Positions 32,812 to 47,106 of a stretch of DNA of 64,000 nt are shown here, in pieces. Position numbers and translations under genes: made by a program. The notes below the pieces were generated by a model, which saw only the letters and a list, made by a program, of their open reading frames with translations, did no database searches and was not told the origin of the DNA. Origin of the DNA: the human T2T-CHM13v2.0 reference genome, Homo sapiens; assembly GCF_009914755.1 (NCBI RefSeq), contig NC_060926.1; one strand, given 5' to 3'. Within the stretch, counting starts at the first letter, position 1. Every line of letters begins with the position of its first letter.

Positions 32812-35800
32812 GGCACATCATAAGAGCTGAACTAATATTAGCTCCTTTATTTCCTAAGATGAACCTCTGTCTGAGTGCATGCCAGTCAGTAGAAGAAATC
32901 AGATGGGCTATTCCCATTTTGCCTCCAATGAATATATTGTTTTGAAGAAGGTAAATGAATGTGTAAAACTCCAGGCAGGGCATCCTTCTCTCTCATTGGG
33001 CACAGTGCCCTGCCTGGTAAAACTGAATTTGGTAAAACCTTCTGTGCTCTCATAGTAACTTGTTCAAATGACCACACAGATGGAATTATGTTTACTTGTC
33101 TATTTCCTGAGTTGGTCTGTGTGGGGGAAGGAAGATACTTTACTAATTTTGTAATCCTGCTGCCTAGCATGGTGCCTGCTTCCTAGTGCTTAGTCATGGA
33201 CATTCAGTGAAAAGTGATATTTGAGCTGAGTTTTATAGATAAAGAAGGCATATCCAGCAGACAAATGCAGGGAGGGCCTAGGCAGGGCACATGGCATAAG
33301 CAAAGGCATGGCAGCCTAAAAGGCAAGGCATGCTCCAGGAGGAAAGTTGAGGAGGTTGGTAGAATAGCAAGGGAGGAGGGAGTCGGCTTCTGAAGGTGAA
33401 GATTTCCGAGGTGAGGGGACGATTTCTGGATATTTCAGGATTGGGATTGTCGCTACAAGTTACCCAGGTCTATTAAAGTGTAAAGCACTGGGAACGGGTA
33501 AGTCAAAGCATTGTGAGGCTGAGGTCCAGACTGGGTGATCTATGAGGATGCTGAAGTCATCAGGAAGGTGCAGAAGTGGGGAAGGAGATGGCAACTGAGT
33601 TAAGTGCCAAGGGTTCTAATAAATATGGAATGATCTGAATGGCAGAGCCATAGCCAAAGTGCATGTGTCCCAAGTGAAGGTGACAACACTGGCCTGCAAG
33701 CTGTGCTTTGAATGGTTTTCTCAGCAGTCGGCGAGGGAGAACACTGACTCATCTCTACTTCTTCATGAAGACCACCACTCACATCTTCAGGACTCAAGCA
33801 AGGGTACAAATGGAAGCCCTGCCCTGCAGAGCTCCTTTTCTGTGTGTGCCCTGGTTGCACTGAGCATGCATTATGCCACTCAGCCTGCACCTCTGAGTTC
33901 CATTTACACACTGCAAACAGCCATCCTTAGGCCTGTAGTGTGCACACTGTGGGTGTAATCCACCCTCGGGTGGAGAGGGTCAAGGCAAACCTTGAGTACT
34001 CAGGCAGGAGATTTTGGGGCCTCAAGTATCAGAACATGTTCAGTGCAAATTTGGGTGCTCATGTACCGTTGGCCTCATGGGCTCCCAGATTCCTTGCCTA
34101 TGGGTAAGGCATGGCCAGAGGAGGGCAAGAGAGAGCAGGGTCCTCTAAAGCATGGTGTCCAGGAAGGGGACCACATATCTGCCCTTAACTTGCTTCATTA
34201 CAAACCAGCACCTAAATGTAAAATGCCTGATTGCAGCAGAGAAAATAGCCACGGCCAGGCAATGGTCTTATTCTCTTCCAGCAAATGGTCTCTCTTAGGG
34301 ATGAACAAAGACATGCTTAAATTAAAGGTTATTCTCCTCTGGAGGAAACACCTTAGAGCTGTCAAATTCTTTCTTAACTACACTGGCTCACAGTCAAGTT
34401 TGGCCCATGAGTTAGGGCTCTCCTGAGCCACAGTACATTTCATTGACTTTTATTTTTCTCTCTTCCTGGCTTCTGCTGAGCTCAACTGCGTGCCAGTCAG
34501 GGGGTGCCCTGTGCTTGGGATCAGGAGGAGAAAAGGTATTACAGGGAATTAGAAAAAGCTCTGCTCACTGGATCACTGGGCTTTGCTTTGTGACTCTATT
34601 TTCCTTGTTCATCTGATTAAATTCACATCATCAAGGCTTCAGCATGGACAGTGAGCATCAGCTGTGTGAGAATACAGTCCCTGGTCAGCTGCTGGCCTGG
34701 TCTTGCTGCCAGAAGTGTCTGAACTAGGTTGCTGCCCTTATTCATGTTAAGGCTGGTGTTTCCAATACCTCTACTTTTATGTGACCCTGGGAAGTGGACA
34801 CATTCAGTTGTGACAGTCATTAAAGAGACAGTCCAGACTGGAACCAAGGGATTTGAATTCTGCGCTTATTCTGTCATTGTATAGGTGCACAACCTAGATA
34901 GGTCACTTAACCTTTGAATGCTAATTTCTTCTTTTATAACAAGGAAACCCTGTCCTCCTTTCTACCTCACAGGAATGTTTTGAGGATCTAATGAGCCAAT
35001 GCAAGCCAAAGTCTTCTGGAATTTGTAAAAAAAACCCATTGAAATATAGGAGATTATTATCACCGTGGTGTGAACCATGTATCATATTCTTTAGAAAGTG
35101 ACAGCCCCACAGGAGAGCAGCTTTGCTGTGGGGTGGTTGGAGAGATGATGGCAGGAGAGAATTAGAGTGAGGGCTGGGAAACCAGGAGAGAGTGGAAAAG
35201 GGGGAGGATTAAGTGCAGCAAGCTGTTAAAAGAAATGAAAAGTGACTGAAATTCAAAATTTCCTAGTGTTAAATACTAGGCTAGGCAATCTACACACACA
35301 AGCTCAATTAATACTTATTACAACCTTTCAGGTGTCTTTTTTTTTTATTCTTAATCACCCTGCTTCCACCCTTTTGGAAATAGAGAAATTGAAATGATAT
35401 AGCTTCCTGTACTTTTTTGTCTTCATTTCTTGCTACTCTCCCTCACCCCTTTTTCTCTGCTCCAGCCACACCGATCTTGTTTTTCTGGAGCAAAGCAGGT
35501 TTACTGTCCCTGGGCTTTTGCACTTGCTGTTCCCTTTGCCTGGAGCACTCTTTCCTCAGTATCCACACGTCTCACTTTCCATTCCCTCCAGGTCTACTCA
35601 AGTCACGTTCTCAGGGAGGCCCCCAATGTCGCACATCATATCCCTCTTCCCTGATTTATTTTTTGTCACCAGCACTTGTCACTGCCTAGCACCAATGCAT
35701 TTTACTGAGTTTGTATGTCATTGGTCACCTCTACTAGAATATAGAGTCTCCAAGGACAGAAATTTTTTATTTACTACTTTATATCCAGTGACTGGAATAG

Positions 35801-38076
35801 TGCTTGGTTTAAAGTAGGCACTCAATAAATATTTGTTGAATGAGGGAATGCATAAGTGGAAAATAGAATTGTGTGGGCTTGTTCAGAGTTAGTTTTTGAT
35901 TTCTCTAGGTGGCTCCCAGTGATATAATTTACCCCAACACCAAATATTTTTATAGTTCCAAATACTGACCCTTATCTCTTTGGTTAGACTCCGTCTCACT
36001 TTTTGAACTAGATCTGGGGGCCCCACACCATGGTATGTAGAGCCCTGGGAAACCTAGACCATCATGATATGTCCATTGGGCTTTTCTACTGGGATCTAAA
36101 ACTGAGCTCATTCAGTGTTTTGAATTGAACTCTTTGCAACAAGTTGGAAAGGTTTTCTTAAGACAAAGATAAACAAGTATCTGCACAAAGGGACATGATC
36201 AGGGCATGGCTTTCTTTCACATTGCCCCTTTCCTTGATATTTGTCTTGCCATTCTCTCTTTTCCTCATGTCTCCTCCTTCCTATCCTAGTGCATTTCTTT
36301 TCTTACTTCTTTTTCCTCTTGTCTCTTTTCTTTCTTTTTTTCCTTTTCCATTCCTATTCCCAAACAGGATTTCATGGACAATGTGTGACTCCAATGGTTG
36401 CCTTTAGATCTGAGTAGTCTCTAAGGTTTGTTTCAGGGAGGGATGGAACAGACTACATGGAGAGGAGGAGCTGCACTGCAGGTTATAATGGAGGGAGGGT
36501 GACAGAGGAATGAAGACAGGAGATGTGAGGTGTAAAGGTGCCATATGTATTCTGACCTTGAATCCCACTGGCTTCATCCCATGAGAGAGGATTTGGGTTG
36601 GCTCACGTTGGAGGATGAGGTTGCCTACCCATTCATTCCCCCTCTTCTAGTACCTGCTTCCACATTCCTGACTGACAGAACTTGCCTTTCACTATAGAGG
36701 CTGAATGTGGCAGAGGCTCATTTTGTGACCTCTCTTGCAACCAGGGCAGCAGTCCTGGATAGTGAATAGAAAGGAGGCTTTCTCATGGCCTTTAATGAGA
36801 CATTCTATTCCCTTTGAAAAGAGAGATGCACAGAAGAAAAGACATCTCTTCTTTGTTTCTGGATTTGGTCATGTCTGCTTGGGGCATCTGGAACTGCTAT
36901 AGCAACCTACTATCATGAGGGAAGACATGGCTGAAGACTCCAAAGATGACAGAGCAAAAAGATGGAAAGGTCCTGGGTCTTTGAGATCATTGAGCTGCCA
37001 ATCCAAGCCTGGAACATTTTATATAACTGGCCTTACTGTTTAAGGCTTTTTTAAAATAAGAGTTCTGCTTCTTGCCACTGAAAGCACTTTGATGAGGGTC
37101 AGCAAATACCACCTTATAGTTGAGCTTTATTTTGTGTGGACGTTTATTTAGTCTCTTTAATGGGTTCAGTTATATTTTAAACAAACAACACATCCTATAT
37201 ATTTGTCTTCTTTCTTCAATGTCCCTTAGTATGTAGTAGCTGAAAGTTTATTCCCTGCTTGTGCCTTTACAAACTTTCCTAATAAAATACTTTATGAACC
37301 TGAAGGTTGTGGCCATCAGTTTCAATGATCTTTTTCTGATTTTTCTAATGCCATGTGATACTGACCTAAATAAGGTGTAGTGCTGCCTGTGGTAAGAGTT
37401 GCAGTATCTTAGTGATGCAAGTGCAGGGGGCTTTTTCTCTTATTCTCTTCCTCCCTCCATTTGCTCTTGCAGAAACAAGGTATGAAGGGTTCCCCATGAT
37501 CAGCACATGGAGACTTTTAGTGAAATAGTACTCTCCAGTGCCCCCCATTCCATCCCCTTCACCAAAACTAATGCATCTGTATGTGACAAGATAAAAATTT
37601 TTGATCAACTTGTGTACCTAGTTCATCTCTTCACTCTGACCCATTCACTCTGGATTTATCCATTCAGTCGCCTTGCTCCAACCCCACCAAGGAGGATCCT
37701 ACCTTGTCAGATTTTCTTGGGATTTAGTCAAAGGAGTATATGGAGGAAAGTTGGTGGAGAAGGGAAGACAAAATGAGAGGCTTTCCAGGATGGGGCTGAA
37801 TAAATTTATGATGAGTGAAAATCTGAGGAAATAGACATGGGAGCAGGTCCAGTGTGTGGTCAGGGATAGGAGGCAAAGATTTCATTTTGCACCAGGATGG
37901 CCAAAGCCAATATCCATCATGAGAGATCAGTATTTGTATTGATATTTTCAGTATTACCCATGGAGATATGGGTACTTTAAGTAATCTCTGGGAGCTATTG
38001 TCCTCTTCATGGTTTTTGAGATTTGCAATACAAACTTAAAAAATAGAAAAAACAAACTTGTATTAATCTGAAACTT

Positions 38077-38110
38077 CGTGCACGCGCGTGCGCGTATGTG
38101 TGTGTGTGTG
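38077..38110. repeat. Alternating purine-pyrimidine (CG/TG)n tract
   Basis: cgtgcacgcgcgtgcgcgtatgtgtgtgtgtgtg. Confidence 0.9.
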
Positions 38111-38678
38111 TTCCCTCTGGGTCACCACTATGGGACTGAACTGCCACTCCAGGAGGTACAACTTTAGGGGTGTTACCTGTATAATCACCTTTAGGGGGAA
38201 GAGTGATTTCAATGGTTTTTATTATAATACAGGAAGTGTAGGATGTTTTTCTTTCCCTTTAGATTTGTCTAAAGGGTTTAGAAGCACTGAGTTTAGCTAC
38301 CCATAAATATGTTTGCTTATTTGAGAAAAGTCTCATATCTTACCAGGAAGTATTATAGTGATGGAAAAAATGTCTTCTGAGTGTCTCTTGCTGTATATTT
38401 GTCTCTGAGCACATTCTTGCCTCTCAGAGCCATGATTTCTTAAAACGATGTGTCATCAGCAGCTATGTTGTGGAATAATTAATACTCTATCGTATTTTTA
38501 ATTTAGCTGCAACTTGCTTTTGAGTCCAAATTCAGAAATACATTGCCTCTGGTCAAAAATAAGGAAGATGAATGACTGCAGATGGAGCTGGGACAGCCCA
38601 GCAGTGCAGCAAACGAGTGTGTGGGGGCTGGGGAGGAAATGCTAGCTGAAAGCCCTGTATTTTTGTATAGTTCTAGAT

Positions 38679-39000
38679 CAGTGCCCTCCAATTGAAATAA
38701 ACTGCAAGCCATAAATGCAAGCCACATAAGTAATTTAAAATTTTCTTGTAGCTACATTAAAAAATGTAAAAATAAATAAGTGAAACTAATTTTTAAATGT
38801 ATTTGTCCTGATACCTCCAAAACAATATTGTCCTAGTATGTAATCAATAAAATAATTATTGAGCTATTTTATGATTTTTTATATGAAGTATTTGGAATCC
38901 CATGTGTATTTTACACTTACAGCACATCTAAATTCAGGCTAGCCATGGTTCAAGTGCCCAGTAGCCACATGTGGCTAGCAGCCACTGTGCTAGACAGTAA
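38679..39000. mobile_element. hAT MITE, MER33-like
   Basis: tgcaagccacataagtaatttaaaattttc...cacatgtggctagcagccactgtgctagacag. Confidence 0.75.
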
Positions 39001-40319
39001 AGCTCTAGACTCTTTACAAGGACAATTATTTTATTTTGCACTTGATGCTCACAGTATATCAAAATGGTGCCAGGTCAGATGGGAAGAGACGATTGCTTTT
39101 TCTTCTGGCTCTCTAAGGACTTCCTCCAAAATGCTTTTGGGATCAAGTTTTTAAATGTTTGCCAAAGGGTAAGAGGAGGAAGGGCTGGCTTCTGACATTG
39201 AAAGAGAAGACGCAGAGCTTTGTCTGCTAGCCAAGGCACAGAGCTTGGTGGAATTTATAGTTGATATTTATGACCGAAATTATCCAGATGGGGTCATTTA
39301 TAAAATAGATGTGGGTAGTATGGTTATTTATTGAGAGCAATATGCTATAATGGAATGAGTTCTAGACTGAGGGTCAGGAGAGGGCACTAGACCAGGCACA
39401 GGTCTGGGAGGAGAGAAGTGAACTAACGTTTACCATGCCAGTTACAGCACTAGGCTCTTCACAACCATTTTCTTATCTACTTCTTACAATAAGCTCAAAA
39501 GTTAGCTATATAACCGTCTCTAGTTTACAGAAATGGCAGCTGAGCCTAGTGAGGTCAGGTCCTGGCTTATTATGGAGTCCTAATAAAATCGCAGTGCTGT
39601 CTGATTCCAAACTGCTGTGTTCTTAACATTACGATCCATATGCATGTCATATAATAGGTGTTAGGGTTCAAGTAGAGAAGCAGAACCAGTGATATATTTG
39701 CATGCATGTAAATATATATAGGTGGTAAATATTTGTTACAGGCTCACACAGTTGTGGGGAGCTGGTTAACCTGTCTTTGTAAGGATGTCTCCACAGCTGA
39801 TGCCAGAACTAGAAGTCCTCAGGGTGGGCGATCATAAAGGGAAGATCACAGCATGCTGGAAGCAGCAGCACAGGTAGAACTCCACAAGCACACCCTGAGC
39901 CCTGCTTACATTCTTGTTGCCTCTGACCTTGGTGATGAAAGTGCCGTACAGAAGTTGGAGCCTTTATCATGGAGCTTAACAAATATACCTGGCCCAGGAC
40001 GAGTCTGAGAACCTGAAGGAGGATCCAGGGAAAGGTGGAGCAATTGGAGACCCAGCCGTTGCTTCACAGCAGTGAGCTGAGTCAGCATCAGCAACAGAGT
40101 GTGCTGAGCTACAAAATGGCTGCCATTTTCCTCTGCCCTCCTGTTTTCCTAGAGTCCTCACTATGGCCCACACTAACTGGAAACACATGAGGAAGGGAAA
40201 TCTGGGAAATGTATTTCAGCCTATCCACACTGACGCATTACAAAGGCTTCAGATGGGTGTTCAATTAATATTTGTTGAATGAATGAATGAATGAATACCA
40301 TGGTGCTTCTCTGGGAAAT

Positions 40320-40500
40320 TCTCTGGGAGTCGGAATACCTAATCCTGGCTCTGCCTCTTACAAACTAAACAATTTTGAACAAGTCACTTAACTCTTTGAG
40401 TCGTGGTTTCCTCATTTGTAAAACTCCAAGAATAATCCCTGTCCTGCTTATTTAACAGGGATCACTTGAGATATCTGAACAAAAGCACTTTGAACATAAC
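40320..40500 (+). mobile_element. MIR remnant just past the FSHR proximal poly(A) region
   Basis: aatcctggctctgcc...caagtcacttaactctttgag...tttcctcatttgtaaa MIR core. Confidence 0.7.
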
Positions 40501-40551
40501 GTGCAAAAATAACATATATAAGGATAAAATATGTAATACAGTATTGCATTC

Positions 40552-40557
40552 TTTAAT
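40552..40557 (-). promoter_or_regulatory. Probable proximal FSHR polyadenylation signal ATTAAA
   Basis: The plus strand reads tttaat, about 200 nt past the stop codon, with U-rich sequence downstream on the minus strand. Confidence 0.6.
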
Positions 40558-40756
40558 TATTATTGTTGTTACTAATAATTCAGCTTCCTAATGTATCACA
40601 TGGAATTAATAGTTCCTGACCAATTTACCTTAAAGGTATGCCAGGAATATTAAATTAGATGAAATGTGTAGAAGCACTGTCAGCTCTTTGTGACATACCC
40701 TTCAAAGGCAAGACTGAATTATCATTCAATACTCAGATACATTTTCACATTGTGTT

Positions 40757-42016
<1,260 letters not shown>

Positions 42017-45000
42017 TCAACATCTCAGATCCAGTATAGCAAATACATCACTGTCTTTGTGCAGGGTAGAAATGATGAGTTTCTTCCTGAGATTTTTTTT
42101 TTTTCTTCTCACATCATACCTGCCCTTGAGGCTAACCTCAAGGGTTAATGCTGCTTACTGTAAATGAATATAACAACTTGTATATATATTACTAGAGTTG
42201 GATGGCTCACTGGGGAAACCATCTTGCCACAACCTGAATGTGGGGAGGAAGGCACCTGAGACTAAGCCTTGCTGTTAAGTGAAAATAATTTACAGAGCTG
42301 GCATCAACTCGACCCTTTTCCTTCTCCCATCTTGATCCAGCTATCTCTTAATACACCTGAGTAGGACATATTCCTATTCGTCTACACTCAAATCACTGGA
42401 AGATCCAGACTGTTCGCTGACTCAAATGAGAACTTATTTGCTTCTCTTATCTACATAAATTAGGGGATCAAAATTTGTAGTTAGTTCCCAGCCAGCCCCT
42501 ATTCCCTGGCTCTTTGGTACTCAGGCTATTAGGAGGCCAGCTAATTTGCCGGAAATGTTACCAGGGTCTTTCCTGTTCTTTATTATCTCACTTTCTGGGG
42601 GCCACAATAGGCCTCAGCATGTGTTTGTCTGCAAGGTAAGCCTGGCTCTCTCATATTGAACAGTTTCCTAGTGAGTGCCCCAAAGAACAATGCAAGCTGC
42701 AAAAGGACCTAATTTATTCTAAGAATGGAACTCATCCTCTGGGCAGCCTAGCTCTCCTTGGGCTCACTTTACTGTCTTGGTTTTGCCTTTAAACCCAAAT
42801 GTACAAGGGGCCTTGTCAACAGGATAGAGGTACTTACAGAGGGATTTGAATGAAATCCAGGTGATAAATATTCAATCCACGAGTATACCCATAAATATTC
42901 TACCCCAGAGTAGTATATCAATATTCTGGATGTAGAAACAAGAAAGGTAATACTTCTGTTTGGAAGCAAAGGCTTGTGGAATGGGAATAAGCCTTACGTT
43001 AGGACCTTTTTGGATGCAAAAAAAAAAAATTGTACATACACATGCATACCTTTCCCTCCTTCCCCAAGGGGCAAGTTCACAGCAATATTAAGTTGACTGT
43101 ATTTTTTTTAAACCTTGACATAACCTCAGATATAAGTGGCGAAGTAAGTATCAAACCTTCTTAAGAAGGAAAAAGGTGGCTAGGGGAGTGGAGGAGGTAA
43201 AGACTCCATTTGATGCTAAAGGATGAGTCTTGCCAGGTGTTCCAACCTATTATACAGGGACTGAACCTTGCCCCATCAACCTGGATGAGAAGGGTCTGTT
43301 AGGAAGAGTGCTCTCCTCTCTTCTCTCACCCCTGGGAAGTGAATTGAATTGCCAGGAAGTCATTTTCTCTTGGCCTAAGGGATTCTTTTTGTTTGTTTGT
43401 TTTTTTAAGGCTAAATGATTAACATACACAGAATTGAAAGTGAATGGAAACGGAGCCCAGAAAATGTTCTGGTTTAGTCAATGGTCTTCCAAGAAAGGTG
43501 AGGCAAGCTCCATAATGGGTATAGAGGGGAGAAGAGGGGTATCCTGTGGTCCTTAGTCTAACTCTAGACTCTTAAACCCTGTTATTGAATTAGTTGCAGC
43601 CTGATTCCAGGAAGAGAAAGTAAGTAACCTGGTACTTGCTGACTGCAGTTTGGTTCATTGGACTGAGCTCTGACTTAACTCTCTAGAAACAGCCTTCACT
43701 TCCTATGGCTTATGGTCGCTGTCTGTGAAGGTTCTTATTGTTGATACTGCTGTCCATATATTTTAAATATTGTGCTTCTCTTTTTCTGAAACTGAAGTGA
43801 CCCACTGACATGAAGTAAGGAGAAAAGTAAATAACTTATGTCTCTGAGATAAGAACAGAAACAAAAGTGGAAACCAAAGGACATCAAGTCTTGCCTCCGC
43901 AGTACTTTGGAAAATCCTAATTATCATAAGGAGTTGGGAATTCAGTTTAGGGTCAGTTGAAAAAGTGGCACTCTTGGACTCTGATCAGTCAGTGAACAGA
44001 TGCTTGGGGGTGGCATAGCAGTGTCGCAGAGCCTAAGCTTTGGAGGCAGGCAGACCAGATTTGGATCTGTTTGGTCAGTGTAGGTCAAGTTATTTAGTAT
44101 CTCTGAGCCTTAGTTTCTGTCTCTGTGAGAAAGGAATAATAATGATATTACCATTGTGGGAATTAAATGAAATAAAGATACAGAGTATTACAGTGCTTGG
44201 TAGTGAATACTTGGCAAATGTCAGCAGTATGAAGACAAATGATGGTGGTTACTTATGGAATTCTTGAGGTCTAGGCCCTGTGTGGGTACTTAGAAGCATA
44301 TGCAACAGCATGTCAATTTAATATTGAATTGTGAAGAAATGGCCTTCACAACATTGAGTTGTGAAGAAACACAATTTTTATTGTATTTAACATTAAAAAT
44401 TGAAGAATAAAATGAGAGCAAAGTAATGCAAAATGAATACAGAATTATGACAAGGAAATATCAGGTTCAATGACAAATGAAGACTGTAGTTGATACGAAC
44501 TTTTGGGAAGAGCCCAGGAAGAGTCCAGGAGGACCACTGGCCAAAGTTTTAGTCACAGGGGCCTCATGTTTACACTCTGGGCATTATTTCCAAATGAGGA
44601 TCAAAAGAAGAATTTCATCATACAAGTTAAAACTTGAATCCCGCTACCAAACCACATCTACTATGATATACAATGAAATGTCACTATTGAAGGAATAAAT
44701 CTGAAATTATCTTCTGAATAACAATTATTTTGTGTTGTTTGTGTGTGAATTTGATAAATATGAAAATCAAATACCCATTGCTAAAAATAAAAAATGAAAA
44801 CCACCTATCACAATTTTTGTTACTCCATTTTGGCATGTAGTGTAAGAACCATGTTCCTCTCCCTTGCTATACCCCAACAGGCCTGGATGGTAAGTTAGAG
44901 CAGCAACCTAGAGGGATGAGAGCCGAGTGGTCTGGAGGGATCAGAGAAGACCTCATGTCCTGTGACAATATAAGGTAGATGTGGAGATTCTGGTTGGGAG

Positions 45001-45117
45001 AGCCTTGAGGCTATGTCTAGAGGAGTCTGAGTAACACGATGAGACAACAAATTCTTGGGGTGTGTTGGAACTGGGCCAAATAGCACACTGCAAGCTGCTC
45101 TCACAGTGATCTTAACA

Positions 45118-45418
45118 TTTTCTTCTTTTTTTAAAGACAGGGTCTCACTCTGCTGCCCAGGCTGAAGTACAGTGGCACAATTATAGCTCACTGCAGCCTC
45201 GACCTCCTGGGCTCAAGTAATCCTCCCACTTTAGCCTCCCGAGTAGGTGGGACTACAGGCATGCGCCACCCCACATGGCTAATTTTGTTCATTTTTTTTG
45301 TAGAGACGAGGTCCCACCATGTTACCCAGGCTGGTCTCAAACTCCTGGGCTCAAGGAGTTATTCCGCCTTGGCCTCCCAAAGTGCTGGGGTTATGGGTGT
45401 CAGCCACCTTGCCTGGCC
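45118..45418 (-). mobile_element. Alu (J-type) in FSHR intron 9
   Basis: ctcactgcagcctcgacctcctgggctcaag J diagnostics. TSD atcttaa. Confidence 0.92.
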
Positions 45419-46717
45419 AATCTTAATGTTCTTTATTTCTCCTTTGGGGTATTCAGTCCCATGGACTTGGTGCAAAATTGGTATCTTTCTCACTCTGGAT
45501 AGAATAATTCTTATCTGGAATATAAAAGAGGCAAGCCACTGCTTCAGCCCAGGACCTTAAGAATTCTGATTGTCAGGAAGAAATTTCCTGGCTCTTGAGC
45601 TGATCTATGAAGAGTGCCCATTCTGGATAATATCCCAATGATGCATGCAGATTCTGAAAAACAGCTATTTTTCTACAAATCCTCCAAAAGGGTCTGAGTA
45701 GGGACTTCCAGCTACTCTGAAAAACATTTTAGGGTGGGTACTGTTTTGTTGCTCTTTTTGTTTTGCTTTGGAGCAAGGAATATGTCCACATGGACTGGTC
45801 AATGTATGTTAAAGGTTGAATAATGGAGGAGACTGTGTTAAACAGAGAAATAATATCATAGGAAAGCTGTATTAGTTCTAGGCTAGTATATAAGAGTAAT
45901 GAAAAGACATCATTTGATGAGTGCAACTACATGGTGTGGCTTATGTAGGTGAGCTCAGAGGAGCGTGAGAGCTTTGAGAACTCTGATACTCAGTAAGTTC
46001 TTACCTCCAATGGATCATTTAAATGTCTGGAACATGTGTACAATCTCCAAGGCGACTTTCTCTTTACTCTTTCCAGATCCTGTCTATGATTACCTCACTT
46101 TTTTAACCAGTTAGCTACTAAGACTTGTCTCTGTTTAGATGGCCCTCTTTAAGTCTGGGCTTCCTTGAACCCGGCTTTCTTTGAAAGCCAAAGTAATGAG
46201 ATGTCTTAATCTTTATCCTCCCTGTGAGGTAGGAAGATCCCAAGGTGGATTAGAGAGGCTTAGAGTGATTGGGATGTGCGGCAGATATGAACATCAGTCT
46301 CTGGCATGGCATTTATGCATCTCCCCACCAAAGATGACACGGATGGGGCATTTATCAGGTGCACAGTTTGGGACTTGAAGGATTAAATCTATAATGGTAC
46401 AAAGGAAAGAGGGAACAGATATTATGCACCAACTCTGAGGCACTATGCTTAGTATTTTTCATGTTTTCTCATTTAGTACTTGGTATATGTTCTGCCACAT
46501 GGGTAGCCCTCTCCTGTGAGCCCACTTTCAAAGAAATGAAAGAGTTCAACTATTCCTCACTCTCCATGAACTGAATTTTTGACCCAGAATGTGCCAAAGG
46601 GCTTGAGACAGGGAACTCTCTGCAAGTAGATTCTCTTCATGTCACAGATAGGTAGAAATTGTGGACAAAGTTCTACATTGGGGAAATGCCTGAGCAGGGC
46701 TTAAAGGATGGACTCAC

Positions 46718-46903
46718 ATTTGCCGTCTCCAGTTTGCAAAGGCACAGCAATGGCTGGGATAGGTGAGGCTGGCTTCCATGAGGGCGACAAGCTTTTCCAG
46801 AGTAGGCAGCTTTTTTAAGTTGTAAGTCGACCTGGCCCTCAGCTTCTTAAGATTTTCTAAGCCATAGCTAGGCAGGGAATGGATCCTTGTTCTTGAAATA
46901 TCT
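46718..46903 (-). CDS. FSHR: FSHR exon 9 (186 nt): last LRRs and YPSHCCAF hinge cysteine box
   Basis: Manual translation [61 protein letters not shown](I). Acceptor ttttctctttatAG, donor AT|GTGAGT, phase 2-2. Not in the ORF track. Confidence 0.98.
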
Positions 46904-47004
46904 CTATAAAGAGAAAAGGTAAATATAACAGGATTACTATGGACCTAAAACTTTCTGCTCTTGGTTAGCAGGCAAAATAGCAGACACACTAGTGATATTC
47001 TTAC

Positions 47005-47106
47005 ATGGATGAGGAGAGAGACTCCGGTTCCTCCAACACACCTTGGCCAGATGGATATTTGGCTAATAGGACATTTGGTTCTGTAGGAGTCCTGGTCCTT
47101 CTGTTC
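47005..47106 (-). CDS. FSHR: FSHR alternative in-frame cassette exon in intron 8 (102 nt, +34 aa)
   Basis: Acceptor tatCTAACtcctcctaccAG, donor AT|GTAAGA, phase 2-2, stop-free: NRRTRTPTEPNVLLAKYPSGQGVLEEPESLSSS(I). Matches my recollection of a described FSHR isoform with a 102-nt intron-8 insertion. Confidence 0.85.
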
